Source of the DNA: an uncultured Candidatus Saccharibacteria bacterium
Lineage (GTDB): Bacteria > Patescibacteriota > Saccharimonadia > Saccharimonadales > Saccharimonadaceae
Length of the DNA stretch: 51,149 nt
Direction of reading: 5' to 3'
Assembly (NCBI GenBank): GCA_964536785.1
Contig: CAZHYM010000002.1
Coordinates: 1 to 51,149 of the forward strand
Position 1 is the stretch's first letter. Each line of letters starts with the position of its first letter. Positions 33,678-43,490 of the stretch are shown here, in pieces. Below the pieces are notes generated by a model. The model was given only the letters and a program-made list of their open reading frames with translations, was not told the origin of the DNA and did no database searches. The position numbers were made by a program, and so were the translations under genes.

Positions 33678-35195
33678 ATGACTGTCATGGCAACACTGCA
33701 AGACTATCGAAACGAGAGGCTAAAAAAGCGAGAGCAACTATTAACGCTTGGCTTTAATCCCTACCCAAGCAAAACTAAGCGGACTCACTGTTTAGCTGAG
33801 ATTACTAAAGATTTTTCTAAATTAGAAAACACAGACGTATCGGTAGTTGGTCGAATTCAATCAATTAGGAAATTCGGCAAACTAGCATTTATAGTCGTTA
33901 AAGACTCAACCGGCCATTTGCAACTTTTTGTTAAAGCCGGAGAGATAAAAGACACCGATCCACAAAATAACCTTATCGGCATAAAAGATTTAAACCTACT
34001 TGATACTGGTGATTTCATTGAAGCAAACGGGGCTGTAATTAAGACTCAGACTGGTGAAATATCGATAGCCGTTGAGAGTATCAAGATGCTTTCTAAATCT
34101 TTGCGACCGATGCCATCAGCAAACGATGGGTTTGTCGATAAGGAACAGAGATTGCGTCGAAGGTATGTTGATATGAACGTTAATGATGAGATTCGTCAAA
34201 GATTTAATCGTCGTTCAAAGTTCTGGCAAGCTACCAGAGACTATCTAAATAATTCGGGATTTATAGAAGTTAACGTCCCCGTGCTCGAACATAGTACGGG
34301 CGGAGCAGATGCTAATCCGTTTGTAACTCATATGGATGCACTTGGAGAAGATTTTTATCTTAGAATTAGCCATGAGTTGCCGCTTAAGAGATTGATTGGC
34401 GGCGGTTTTGAAAAAGTCTATGATCTCGGGCCTAGATTTAGAAACGAAAATTATTCGGATGAGCATTTGCCTGAGCATATAGCTATGGAGTGGTACTGGG
34501 CTTATGCTAACTGGCAAGATGGTATGGCTTTTATGGAAAATATGTATAAATATGTTTTGGAAAAAACTTTTGGCACCCTTAAGTTTAAAATCGGTGATTT
34601 TGAAATAGACATGTCAAAGAAGTGGGAAATTTGGGATTACGCAGAAACTATCAAAAAGAATTACGGAGTAGATGTTTATAGGTCGAGCTTAGATGAAATT
34701 AAAAAAGCTCTCAAGGATAATAAATTAGAGGTTGAAAAAACAGAAAATCGGGCAAGAGGAATTGATAAACTATGGAAGAACGTTCGCAAAAAAGTTGGTG
34801 GACCGGTATGGCTTGTCAATACGCCTAAATTTATTTCTCCGTTAGCAAAGGTTAACCCAGAAGACAGTCAAGCAGTTGAGCGTTTTCAGGCAGTTATTGC
34901 TGGTTCTGAGCTAGGTAATGGCTATTCGGAGTTAAACGATCCAATCGATCAATTGGAGCGCTTCAAAGAGCAACAGGCGATGCGAGATGCGGGTGATGAC
35001 GAAGCTATGATGTTAGACATAGATTTTATTGAAATGTTAGAGTACGGTATGCCTCCTGCTTGTGGCTGGGGCTATAGTGAAAGAGTTTTTTGGATTTTTG
35101 AAGGCGTATCAGCCAGAGAAGGCGTTCCATTTCCTCAGATGCGATATGAAATTGACGGCGTTACCAAGAAAATATACCCGGAACTTAATCTCTAA
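33678..35195 (+). CDS. lysS: Lysyl-tRNA synthetase, class II
   Basis: OB-fold N-domain and class II motifs YLRISHELPLKRL, FRNE...HLPEH and the GWGYSERV-type C-terminus. The start is ambiguous between ATG 33678, which overlaps TATAAT 33673-33678, and ATG 33687 (MATLQDY). Confidence 0.92.
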   Translation: MTVMATLQDYRNERLKKREQLLTLGFNPYPSKTKRTHCLAEITKDFSKLENTDVSVVGRIQSIRKFGKLAFIVVKDSTGHLQLFVKAGEIKDTDPQNNLIGIKDLNLLDTGDFIEANGAVIKTQTGEISIAVESIKMLSKSLRPMPSANDGFVDKEQRLRRRYVDMNVNDEIRQRFNRRSKFWQATRDYLNNSGFIEVNVPVLEHSTGGADANPFVTHMDALGEDFYLRISHELPLKRLIGGGFEKVYDLGPRFRNENYSDEHLPEHIAMEWYWAYANWQDGMAFMENMYKYVLEKTFGTLKFKIGDFEIDMSKKWEIWDYAETIKKNYGVDVYRSSLDEIKKALKDNKLEVEKTENRARGIDKLWKNVRKKVGGPVWLVNTPKFISPLAKVNPEDSQAVERFQAVIAGSELGNGYSELNDPIDQLERFKEQQAMRDAGDDEAMMLDIDFIEMLEYGMPPACGWGYSERVFWIFEGVSAREGVPFPQMRYEIDGVTKKIYPELNL

Positions 35196-35425
35196 TGAAG
35201 ATTTCGCTGAAAAAGCAAGTTCACGTTATCCATATATTGACGTTATTGCTCGTTGTGATTATGTCCGCATGGTGGCTGACTTTAGGCATGGAGTGGTTCA
35301 TCAATCTTAACAATCCAAATCCGCCGCTTGCACCAGATACCCAAAATATAAACACCAACGATAAGCCTTTAGTAGACGATACCGAAAAACCGCTCCAGAT
35401 AGTTGAAATAAAAAAATCAATCTGA
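35195..35425 (+). CDS. Small single-pass membrane protein, stop/start-coupled to lysS
   Basis: TAATG overlap with the lysS stop. TM segment VIHILTLLLVVIMSAWWLTL followed by a Pro/Asn-rich tail. Confidence 0.4.
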   Translation: MKISLKKQVHVIHILTLLLVVIMSAWWLTLGMEWFINLNNPNPPLAPDTQNINTNDKPLVDDTEKPLQIVEIKKSI

Positions 35426-35434
35426 TTTGGTTGA

Positions 35435-35443
35435 TGATATAAT
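35435..35443 (+). promoter_or_regulatory. Extended -10 TGaTATAAT, 6 nt from ldhA ATG (leaderless arrangement)
   Basis: TGATATAAT at 35435-35443. CAAAGC follows, then ATG 35450. No SD. Confidence 0.65.
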
Positions 35444-35449
35444 CAAAGC

Positions 35450-36427
35450 ATGAGAATTATTAATTATGGCGTTAGGGATGATGAAATTCCTTTTTTTAAA
35501 AAATACGCTCAAGAGTTCGGCATTGAGTGCGCGACAACTTCGAAGCCCTTAAATAAAGAAACTGTAATTTTAGCTCATGGTTTTGACGCTGTAACTGATA
35601 TCAAGCCTAGGGAATATGGAGCCGAAGTATATTCAAAGCTAAAAGAATTTGGGATTAAATATTTTTCGCTTAGATGTGCTGGTTTCGATGGCCTAGATAA
35701 GGAATTGGCAGATGAGTATGGCATTAATTTTGCACGAGTCCCGTCATATTCACCAAATGCAGTCGCTGAATACGCAGTGGCCTTGAGCTTGATGCTAATA
35801 CGTAATTTACATATAGGGTATGCAAGATTTAAAAACCAGGATTATCGAATCGACAATTTGATAGGCAAAGAAATCCGAGATTATACAGTGGGCATAATCG
35901 GAACTGGTCAAATTGGTACCTTAGCGGCAAAGATATTTCAAAGTTTTGGGGCAGAAGTGATAGCCTATGACAAAAACCCAACGTTAACTGAAGAGCTAGA
36001 ATATGTTTCAACTGAAGAATTATTCAAGAGAGCAAATTTAATCTCGCTTCATACTCCTCTGACGGATGACACTTATCATCTGATTGATAGAGAAGCGATA
36101 AAACTAATGCAAGACGGTACGATAATCGTGAATACTGCCAGGGGAGCGGAAATTGATTCAGAGGCGCTGTATGAAGGATTAACTAGTGGAAAGATTGCTG
36201 GAGCGGCTTTGGACGTTTATGAATTCGAAGAAGAGTTTTACCAAAAAGATATGACTGCTTGCATGATTGAAGACGAATTATTCCGCAAAATTGAGTCATT
36301 AAATTCGACTATTATTACACCACACATGGCGTTTAATACTTATCGGGCCGTTGAAAATATGGTTAAGGGGTCTCTCGATAATATTAAAGAGTTTTGCTTG
36401 AGCGGGTCATGCTCGAATGAACTTTAG
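35450..36427 (+). CDS. ldhA: D-lactate dehydrogenase / D-isomer-specific 2-hydroxyacid dehydrogenase
   Basis: NAD-binding motif VGIIGTGQIGTLAAKIF. The catalytic region NTARG...AALDVYE.E...TPHMAF is typical of the D-2-HADH family. Confidence 0.8.
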   Translation: MRIINYGVRDDEIPFFKKYAQEFGIECATTSKPLNKETVILAHGFDAVTDIKPREYGAEVYSKLKEFGIKYFSLRCAGFDGLDKELADEYGINFARVPSYSPNAVAEYAVALSLMLIRNLHIGYARFKNQDYRIDNLIGKEIRDYTVGIIGTGQIGTLAAKIFQSFGAEVIAYDKNPTLTEELEYVSTEELFKRANLISLHTPLTDDTYHLIDREAIKLMQDGTIIVNTARGAEIDSEALYEGLTSGKIAGAALDVYEFEEEFYQKDMTACMIEDELFRKIESLNSTIITPHMAFNTYRAVENMVKGSLDNIKEFCLSGSCSNEL

Positions 36428-36487
36428 CACGACGAATTTTATTAGTGTTAATTTTCTGGTATGATTAGAAAGATAAGAGGAGACAAC

Positions 36488-37693
36488 ATGAAGCAAACTT
36501 ATATTAAATCGGCGCTTATCATAGCGCTAATCACGGCCGTTCTACCAGCGAGTGGAGTGATAGCTCAGGAAAAAAGTACAGACCTCTCGGCATCCTCCGA
36601 ATCGGTTAAAATTTACGATAAAGAAATCGATGGTGATTTATTTTGCTATGGTTCAAAAATCGAAATTAACGCTCCGGTAAATGGAGATGTAATTTGTGTA
36701 GCGTCAGAGAGCCTGACTATAAATGCTAAAGTAAACGGAGATCTACGCGTTGCCTCTCCTTCGGTAATTTTAGGCGCTTCCAGTGAAATAGGACTAAATG
36801 CCTCAATCTTAGCTCAGAATCTAGAATCTAAATCAGGCTCGAAAATTGGCAGAGACTTGATGGCGTATGCCAGCGACGTTAGCCTTATTTCTCAAATAGG
36901 CAGAGACTCATCTCTGGCAGGGGTAAATGTCTACCTTGGAGGAAGTTACGGTAGAAACGTTAAAGTTCGTGCCGAAAATTTTACCATACCAATTGACGGT
37001 AAAATTCTAGGAGATTTAGATTACTCTGCTAAAACTTCTGACATGAATAGTGGTTCAATCGAAGGTAAGATGACGTCTGTTCCTTTTACAACCGATGGTT
37101 CTATGAGCATGGGTGGGAAAACAGGGTTTGACATCTTTGGGTTTATTTACTCTTTGGGCCTACTGGCATTAGGTCTGGTATTTATTGCTCTAAGAAAAAA
37201 ATATCTGCTGGAAGCAACAGACAAAATCGATCCACTTTACGTTTTTTCAACAATTGGCTTAGGCTTTTTAGTTGCTTTTACGATTCCAATTATCGCCATT
37301 ATTTTGTTGGTTTCGGGATTAGCTACCACTATTGGGATAGCCGTGTTATTAGTTTGGGCTTTGATGCTCGTATTAGCGATGCCGACGTTTGCTTTTTATC
37401 TTGCTAGGCACTCCATTAGAATGATCAATAAGGCCGAGGCTAAACCTGCCGTCGCTATGATTGTTGGCACGATTTTTGTGATTTTTGCAGGGTTTGTACC
37501 TGGGCTAAGCATTATCACAAAAGGTTTTGGCTATTTTATGGGCCTAGGACTGTTGTTTAGACAGTTTTTTAGAAAAGAAACTCAGGTTTCTTTACCTAAT
37601 GAAATAGAGCATGAAAGAACCATAGCCAGCGGGAAAAATATCGCTCAAAAATTAGAGCAAGCAGAAGTTGAAAATGACGAAGGTGGTAAATAG
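36488..37693 (+). CDS. Exported bactofilin-like (polymer-forming, beta-helix repeat) domain fused to a polytopic membrane domain
   Basis: AGAGGAG SD before ATG 36488. Signal peptide SALIIALITAVLPASGVIAQ. Repeats INAPVNGDVICVA..LTINAKVNGDLRVA..VILGASSEIG...GRDL...GRDS...GRNV. About 5 TM segments follow, then an acidic tail. Confidence 0.45.
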   Translation: MKQTYIKSALIIALITAVLPASGVIAQEKSTDLSASSESVKIYDKEIDGDLFCYGSKIEINAPVNGDVICVASESLTINAKVNGDLRVASPSVILGASSEIGLNASILAQNLESKSGSKIGRDLMAYASDVSLISQIGRDSSLAGVNVYLGGSYGRNVKVRAENFTIPIDGKILGDLDYSAKTSDMNSGSIEGKMTSVPFTTDGSMSMGGKTGFDIFGFIYSLGLLALGLVFIALRKKYLLEATDKIDPLYVFSTIGLGFLVAFTIPIIAIILLVSGLATTIGIAVLLVWALMLVLAMPTFAFYLARHSIRMINKAEAKPAVAMIVGTIFVIFAGFVPGLSIITKGFGYFMGLGLLFRQFFRKETQVSLPNEIEHERTIASGKNIAQKLEQAEVENDEGGK

Positions 37694-37787
37694 CTGAGCG
37701 TTCGAGCTACTAAAGAGCCCCTTAAGTGGTATACTTTATAATAAACAAAATATGATAATTTATCCTAATATAGATAAGAGGTAAGAG

Positions 37788-39083
37788 ATGTTGGACATTG
37801 AATATATAAGACAGAATCCAGAGTTAGTTAAGCAAAACGCTAAGAATAAATTGGTTGAAGTCGATATTGATAAGCTACTAGAGGTTGATCGCGAGCTTAA
37901 GGCCATAAAACAAGAAGCCGATGAATTAAGAGAGCAACGAAACGGCTTAGCTTCAAAAAATAACGGTGCTCGGCCAAGCGAAGCTGACATTGAATTAGGC
38001 AAAGAAATTAAGACCAAATTATCAGATGTTGAATCTAAATATGCGGATATCGAGAGAATTTATGTTGATATTTTGAAACAAGTTCCGAATATGGCCGATG
38101 AGTCAGTTCCCATTGGAGCAAGCGAGGACGATAACGTTGTTACAAAAACCGTAGGCGAGGTTCCTAAATTTAATTTTGAAGTTAAGAATCACGCTCAGAT
38201 TGCAGAAGCCAAGGGTTGGCTTGATAAAGAGAGAGCAGCGAAAGTCGCTGGGTCTAGATTTGCATATCTAAAGGGTGATTTAGTAATGCTAGACTGGGCG
38301 CTTAAAATGTATGTACTGCATGAGCTGACTAATATAGACGTAATCAAGAAATTGATTGAAGATAATAGCCTTAATTTAGTGCCTACAGCTTTTATTCCAG
38401 TAGATCCACCATTCTTAGCTAAGACCGAAGTCTACGAAGCGACAGGACGTTTAAACGGTAAAGAGACTACCTATAAGTTAGAAGGCGATGATTTGTGGTT
38501 AAACGCAAGCGCTGAGCATACACTAGCGCCAATGTACCTTAATGAAATTTTGGCTGAAAAAGATCTACCGATTCGATATGTTGGTTATACGACAGCTTTT
38601 CGCAGAGAGGCTGGTACTTATGGCAAGGATATGGAAGGTTTTTTGCGGATGCACCAGTTCAATAAATTAGAAATGGAGATATTTAGCACTAGCGAAACAG
38701 CATACGAAGAGCATAAACTGATGGTAGCGATTCAGGAATATATAATGACGAAGTTGGAGCTGCCATATCGAGTTCTCCAGAAATGTACTTTTGAGATAGG
38801 CAATATTAACGCGAATGGAGTAGATATTGAGGTCTGGCTACCTGGTCAAAATAAATATCGAGAAACTCATACGGCTGATTTGATTCGAGAACATCAAGCC
38901 AGAAGAATGAACACTAAAGTTCGCAGAGAAAATGGAAGCCTGGAGTTTATTAACACTAACGATGCTACAGCTTTATCCCAAAGGCCGCTAATCGCTATTC
39001 TTGAGAACTATCAAACCGAGTCGGGTGATGTAATCATTCCTAAAGTTTTGCGACCATTTATGGGTAACAAAGAAAAAATTTAA
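37788..39083 (+). CDS. serS: Seryl-tRNA synthetase
   Basis: N-terminal coiled-coil arm (MLDIEYIRQNPE...) and class II motifs FRREAGTYGKD..G..R.HQF.K.E. Confidence 0.93.
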   Translation: MLDIEYIRQNPELVKQNAKNKLVEVDIDKLLEVDRELKAIKQEADELREQRNGLASKNNGARPSEADIELGKEIKTKLSDVESKYADIERIYVDILKQVPNMADESVPIGASEDDNVVTKTVGEVPKFNFEVKNHAQIAEAKGWLDKERAAKVAGSRFAYLKGDLVMLDWALKMYVLHELTNIDVIKKLIEDNSLNLVPTAFIPVDPPFLAKTEVYEATGRLNGKETTYKLEGDDLWLNASAEHTLAPMYLNEILAEKDLPIRYVGYTTAFRREAGTYGKDMEGFLRMHQFNKLEMEIFSTSETAYEEHKLMVAIQEYIMTKLELPYRVLQKCTFEIGNINANGVDIEVWLPGQNKYRETHTADLIREHQARRMNTKVRRENGSLEFINTNDATALSQRPLIAILENYQTESGDVIIPKVLRPFMGNKEKI

Positions 39084-39108
39084 TAACAAGAAAGTAAAAA
39101 GGGGAATT

Positions 39109-39489
39109 ATGGCGAATAACATTGAAATAACTGCAATCAAACTCAATCTAGACGAAAATGCAAAAAAATACGCTGAAAAGAAGATACATAATCTTTACAA
39201 ATATCTTCCGAGGCATGCAGCAAAGAGCGCTAGTTTTAAGTTGACTCTTGAACGACTGTCAAAAAAGCGGGATGACACTTACCAGGCTGAAATTATTCTC
39301 TCAGTGCCAGATAAGACGTTGACCGCTTCCGCAAATGCGACAAACGTTACGGCCGCCGTTGACTTAGTTGAGCCAAAGATTCTTTCTCAGATTAGAAGGT
39401 ACAAGACCGAAACAATGCCTCAACTCGGAGCCAAGAGGGGTGTTTTGAGAAAAGTTAAAGAGCGTTTTTTTAGAGATCATAGCGAATAG
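39109..39489 (+). CDS. hpf: Ribosome hibernation factor (HPF/RaiA/YfiA family, short)
   Basis: IEITAIKLNLDENAKKYAEKKI..L.KYL...A.I.L...D..L.A.A...N..AAVDLV..K...QIRRYK. Confidence 0.75.
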   Translation: MANNIEITAIKLNLDENAKKYAEKKIHNLYKYLPRHAAKSASFKLTLERLSKKRDDTYQAEIILSVPDKTLTASANATNVTAAVDLVEPKILSQIRRYKTETMPQLGAKRGVLRKVKERFFRDHSE

Positions 39490-39513
39490 AATCATTAAGT
39501 TTGGTCTTTTAAA

Positions 39514-39544
39514 ACTGCTCTGATGACTGTATAATCAGAGCAGT
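39514..39544 (+). terminator. Perfect 11-bp hairpin after hpf whose loop carries a TGTATAAT -10 element
   Basis: ACTGCTCTGAT (39514-39524) / ATCAGAGCAGT (39534-39544). The loop is GACTGTATA. TATAAT spans the loop and 3' arm. No strong T-run follows. Confidence 0.5.
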
Positions 39545-39581
39545 ATAAATTTACTGATTAGCTTATGGAGGCGATGGGAAG

Positions 39582-42200
39582 ATGACAAGTAAAACTAATA
39601 TTTTAAAGCGCGTTTTTGGCGACCCTCAGAAAAAGGCGTTAAAACAGCTTGAAAAAAAAGTTCAAGAGATTAATTTAAAGGCGGATAAATACGCAAAATT
39701 AAACGATGAAGAGCTTAAAAAGCAAACCGCGGTTCTAAAAAAGAGGCTGACTAAAAAAACAGTTACGCTAGACACTATTTTGCCTGATGCATTCGCATTG
39801 GTACGCGAAGCTAGCACTAGAATCATCGGGCAAAGGCATTTTGACGTCCAATTAATGGGCGGAATAGCACTTCACAATGGAAATGTGGCAGAGATGAAAA
39901 CGGGTGAAGGTAAGACTTTGGTCGCGACTTTGCCTGTATTCTTGAATGCTCTAGAAGGTAAAGGGGTCCATGTAGTAACTGTTAACGATTATCTAGCTCA
40001 GCGAGATGCTGGATGGATGGGTCAGATTTATACATTTTTAGGGTTAAATGTTGGTGTCATTATTAACGAAGCTTCATATATTTACGATCCGAGCTATTCT
40101 AGCGAAAAACATACCGATCCCCGGATGAAAGCTTTGAGGCCTTGCACGAGAAAAGAAGCTTATGCTGCGGATATTACTTATGGCACGAACAATGAGTTTG
40201 GCTTTGACTATTTGCGCGATAACATGGTTAATGAAGCTGAATTATTGCGCCAGAGAGAGCTAAATTTTGCAATTGTTGATGAAGTAGATTCCATATTAAT
40301 TGACGAAGCGCGAACTCCGCTTATAATTTCTGCACGGGCCTCGGAAAATCCTGAAAGTTATATTCAATTTGCTAGAGTCTGTTCTAAGCTAGTTAGCGAT
40401 GATTATGATATAGAAGAAAAGCATAGGAGCGTCTCATTAACCGATCAGGGTATCGAGAAAATTCAGTCTATCCTTGGGGTTAATGATTTATTTAGCCCTG
40501 AGAATGTCCGATTGGTTTATCATCTTAATCAAGCTTTAAGAGCTCAAACTTTATTTAAGCGCGATAAAGACTATGTTGTCACAAGCGATGGAGAAGTGAT
40601 AATTGTTGATGAGCATACTGGTCGTCTGATGCAAGGGCGTCGCTATAACGAAGGCCTTCACCAAGCTATAGAGGCTAAAGAAGGTGTAGATGTTAAAGAG
40701 GAGAGCATGACTCTTGCGACAATTTCATTTCAAAATTATTTCCGTTTGTATAAAAAATTATCCGGTATGACCGGTACTGCTATGACAGAAGCAGAGGAAT
40801 TTCAGCAGATCTATAGTTTGGACGTTATTGAGATTCCGTCTAACAAGCCTCTATCAAGAGACGACAAAGAAGACTTAATATATAAAACTGAAGATGGTAA
40901 GATTCGGGCGATTGTTGAGACTATCAAGGAGCATCACAGAGCTGGTCGACCGGTTTTGGTTGGTTCGGGCTCCATCGCTAAGAATGAACTTATTGCAAAG
41001 TACTTGGATAAAGCCAATTTGAAGTATGAAATACTAAACGCAAAAAATAACGAGCGGGAAGCTTCAATCATAGCTGAAGCTGGTAAAAAAGGCGCAATTA
41101 CTTTGGCAACTAATATTGCAGGACGTGGCACGGATATTGTGTTGGGTGAGGGAGTGAGAGAGCTTGGCGGTTTGGTTGTTATTGGTTCAGAAAGACACGA
41201 GTCGAGGCGGATCGACAATCAGTTGCGCGGACGTGGTGGACGGCAGGGAGACCCAGGAGAGAGCCAATTTTTTGTGTCAACCGAAGATGATTTAATGCGA
41301 ATCTTTCAAGGTGAACGCATAGCCACTCTGATGGATCGACTCGGAGTAGATGACGACACTCCGATTCAAAACAAAGCAGTTTCGAAGACATTGGAATCAG
41401 CTCAAAAACGAGTCGAAGGCTTTAACTTTGATACCCGTAAAAGCGTCGTTCAATACGATAATGTCATCAATCGTCATCGCCGTGTTGTTTACACTATGCG
41501 TCGTAAAATTCTAGACGGCAATAATATCAGGGGCGAGATAGAGCGTCTAATCCGTGAAAAAGTTGCTGAACTTACTATCTTTCCTGCTAAATTAAATCCT
41601 GACTTTAAAGATAGCTTCAAAACTATATTTGTCGGCTCAAAAGATTCTGATATTGATAAAATTGGAGGAATTAAGAAAGATAAAGATCGCCAGGATCAAG
41701 CCAAGAAGTTAGCGTTTGAGCTTTACGATGCAAAAGAACAAGAAATTTCGGCTGATACCATGCGTAAAGTAGAGCGCGAGATATATATGCAAGTACTTGA
41801 TACTTTATGGATGCAGCATTTAGAGAATATGCAACATTTACGAGAGGGAATCCATTGGCGTAGCGTTGGTCAGCGAGACCCTTTGGTTGAATATCGTAGC
41901 GAATCGCAGAAGCTATTTAACGGATTACAATTGGCGCTTAGAGATGAGGTTATTAGTACGCTCTTGTCAATTAATAAACGACAACTTAGCCCAAATTTGT
42001 ATGATGAAAACTACCAAACTCAGCTGACGCAAGCTGCTGAATCGGCTGTCGAGAAGGGCGTAAATGAAATATCAAGTGGTGAAAGAAATAGGGATGATGA
42101 TTTTAAGAAAGCTAAATCAAAAATTACTCATAAAACTAAGAAAAGCGAAAGATTAAAGAAAAAATCAAAGCGACAGAACCGTAAAAAAGGTCGAAAATAG
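39582..42200 (+). CDS. secA: Preprotein translocase ATPase SecA (poly-basic C-terminus, no zinc finger)
   Basis: MKTGEGKTLVATLP Walker A, DEVDSILIDEARTPLIIS, and TNIAGRGTDI. The C-terminal 40 aa are Lys/Arg-rich with no Cys/His cluster. Confidence 0.97.
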   Translation: MTSKTNILKRVFGDPQKKALKQLEKKVQEINLKADKYAKLNDEELKKQTAVLKKRLTKKTVTLDTILPDAFALVREASTRIIGQRHFDVQLMGGIALHNGNVAEMKTGEGKTLVATLPVFLNALEGKGVHVVTVNDYLAQRDAGWMGQIYTFLGLNVGVIINEASYIYDPSYSSEKHTDPRMKALRPCTRKEAYAADITYGTNNEFGFDYLRDNMVNEAELLRQRELNFAIVDEVDSILIDEARTPLIISARASENPESYIQFARVCSKLVSDDYDIEEKHRSVSLTDQGIEKIQSILGVNDLFSPENVRLVYHLNQALRAQTLFKRDKDYVVTSDGEVIIVDEHTGRLMQGRRYNEGLHQAIEAKEGVDVKEESMTLATISFQNYFRLYKKLSGMTGTAMTEAEEFQQIYSLDVIEIPSNKPLSRDDKEDLIYKTEDGKIRAIVETIKEHHRAGRPVLVGSGSIAKNELIAKYLDKANLKYEILNAKNNEREASIIAEAGKKGAITLATNIAGRGTDIVLGEGVRELGGLVVIGSERHESRRIDNQLRGRGGRQGDPGESQFFVSTEDDLMRIFQGERIATLMDRLGVDDDTPIQNKAVSKTLESAQKRVEGFNFDTRKSVVQYDNVINRHRRVVYTMRRKILDGNNIRGEIERLIREKVAELTIFPAKLNPDFKDSFKTIFVGSKDSDIDKIGGIKKDKDRQDQAKKLAFELYDAKEQEISADTMRKVEREIYMQVLDTLWMQHLENMQHLREGIHWRSVGQRDPLVEYRSESQKLFNGLQLALRDEVISTLLSINKRQLSPNLYDENYQTQLTQAAESAVEKGVNEISSGERNRDDDFKKAKSKITHKTKKSERLKKKSKRQNRKKGRK

Positions 42201-42203
42201 AAC

Positions 42204-43490
42204 ATGAGGCATACTGTCAAGGAGGTGCTTCTAGCTAATGGGGCCAAGGGTTTGTTTATAGATATTCCCGAAGCAACGGTGATGAGCTACCAATTTCATT
42301 TTCGAGCCGGCAATCGTCAGGTGAGAGATAAATCTATTTACGAAACAGCGCACATAATGGAGCACATGGCTTTTGGAGCTAATGCCAAATTTGACAATGA
42401 GCAGCAATACGCCGCTGAGTTTTCAAAAAACGGTGCATACGACAATGCTTACACTGCCGACAACTCGATGGTCTATATGGCGAATTGCGCTGATTTTGAA
42501 TGGGAGAGGATACTAAGGCTGCAGCAGGTAGCTATTTGCCAGCCAAAGTTTAATGAAACAAAACTACAATCCGAAAAGGGCAATGTAAAAAATGAGCTTT
42601 CGGGTATGCTCTCTAGCCACTCTAACTTACTCTGGCCTAGACTGCAAAAGATGGTTGGTCAGGATATATTGACGCTGAGTGAACGTTTAAAAACCATTGA
42701 TGACATAACTCTTGATGATATCCAAAAACATCATGATTCCACCCATACTTCTTATAATTTAAGATTTGTAATAGCTGGCAATCTAACGAATCGAAAAACC
42801 AAAATTAGAAAAATATTGGAAGGCTGGAAACTAAAAAAAGGTTCCTTGCTTGAAATACCAAAAGACAGGGTAACTGGCCAGACAGAGCCGGTTCTGATTA
42901 AAAGATCAGATTCAAAGTCTCTTACTTTTGGTTTTTCTATGGTCTTGGATAGGACCCTGACCGAGAAAGAGCGTAACGCGCTTGAGGCCTTGAACCACCT
43001 TCTCACAGGCACGCTTCACTCTAGGATATTTGGCAAAGCACGTGAAGACGGATTGGTTTATAGTATGTTTTCTGATTTTGACAACGACTACTATTCAAGC
43101 AGCTGGGATTTTGCTGGGCAAGTAATGCCGGAGACCGCACCGAAATTATTTTTACTAATTGCCGATGAGCTGCGATCGATTTTAGCTGGTAGTATAAAAG
43201 ACGAAGAAGTCTTGGCGACAAAATCTTATGCTTTAGGCCGTTACCAGATGGGAGCCCAAACCGTTGCTCAGATTAGTAATTTTTATACAGCTAGCTATTT
43301 TTCGAAGGACGAGATTCGTAAATACAAACGCATTCCTCGAGAAATCAGTCGAGTTGATAAAGCTGCAATGGTAGAAATAGCTCGAGATTTTGCAAAGAAT
43401 GGCAAGAGAGCTTTTGCCGCCGTTGGTAATGCTAGTTCAAAATTGATAGACGAGTTAAACCAAATAATAAGTGAGGTTACATATGGCTAA
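42204..43490 (+). CDS. M16 (pitrilysin) family zinc peptidase
   Basis: Inverted zinc motif HIMEH (HxxEH) followed by the NAYT block. The size and two-domain layout fit M16. Confidence 0.75.
   Translation: MRHTVKEVLLANGAKGLFIDIPEATVMSYQFHFRAGNRQVRDKSIYETAHIMEHMAFGANAKFDNEQQYAAEFSKNGAYDNAYTADNSMVYMANCADFEWERILRLQQVAICQPKFNETKLQSEKGNVKNELSGMLSSHSNLLWPRLQKMVGQDILTLSERLKTIDDITLDDIQKHHDSTHTSYNLRFVIAGNLTNRKTKIRKILEGWKLKKGSLLEIPKDRVTGQTEPVLIKRSDSKSLTFGFSMVLDRTLTEKERNALEALNHLLTGTLHSRIFGKAREDGLVYSMFSDFDNDYYSSSWDFAGQVMPETAPKLFLLIADELRSILAGSIKDEEVLATKSYALGRYQMGAQTVAQISNFYTASYFSKDEIRKYKRIPREISRVDKAAMVEIARDFAKNGKRAFAAVGNASSKLIDELNQIISEVTYG

Noticed and set aside
35062-35310. 82-aa alternative-frame ORF across the lysS 3' end
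   Set aside because: It overlaps conserved LysRS C-terminal motifs in another frame, so it is not credible as a separate gene.
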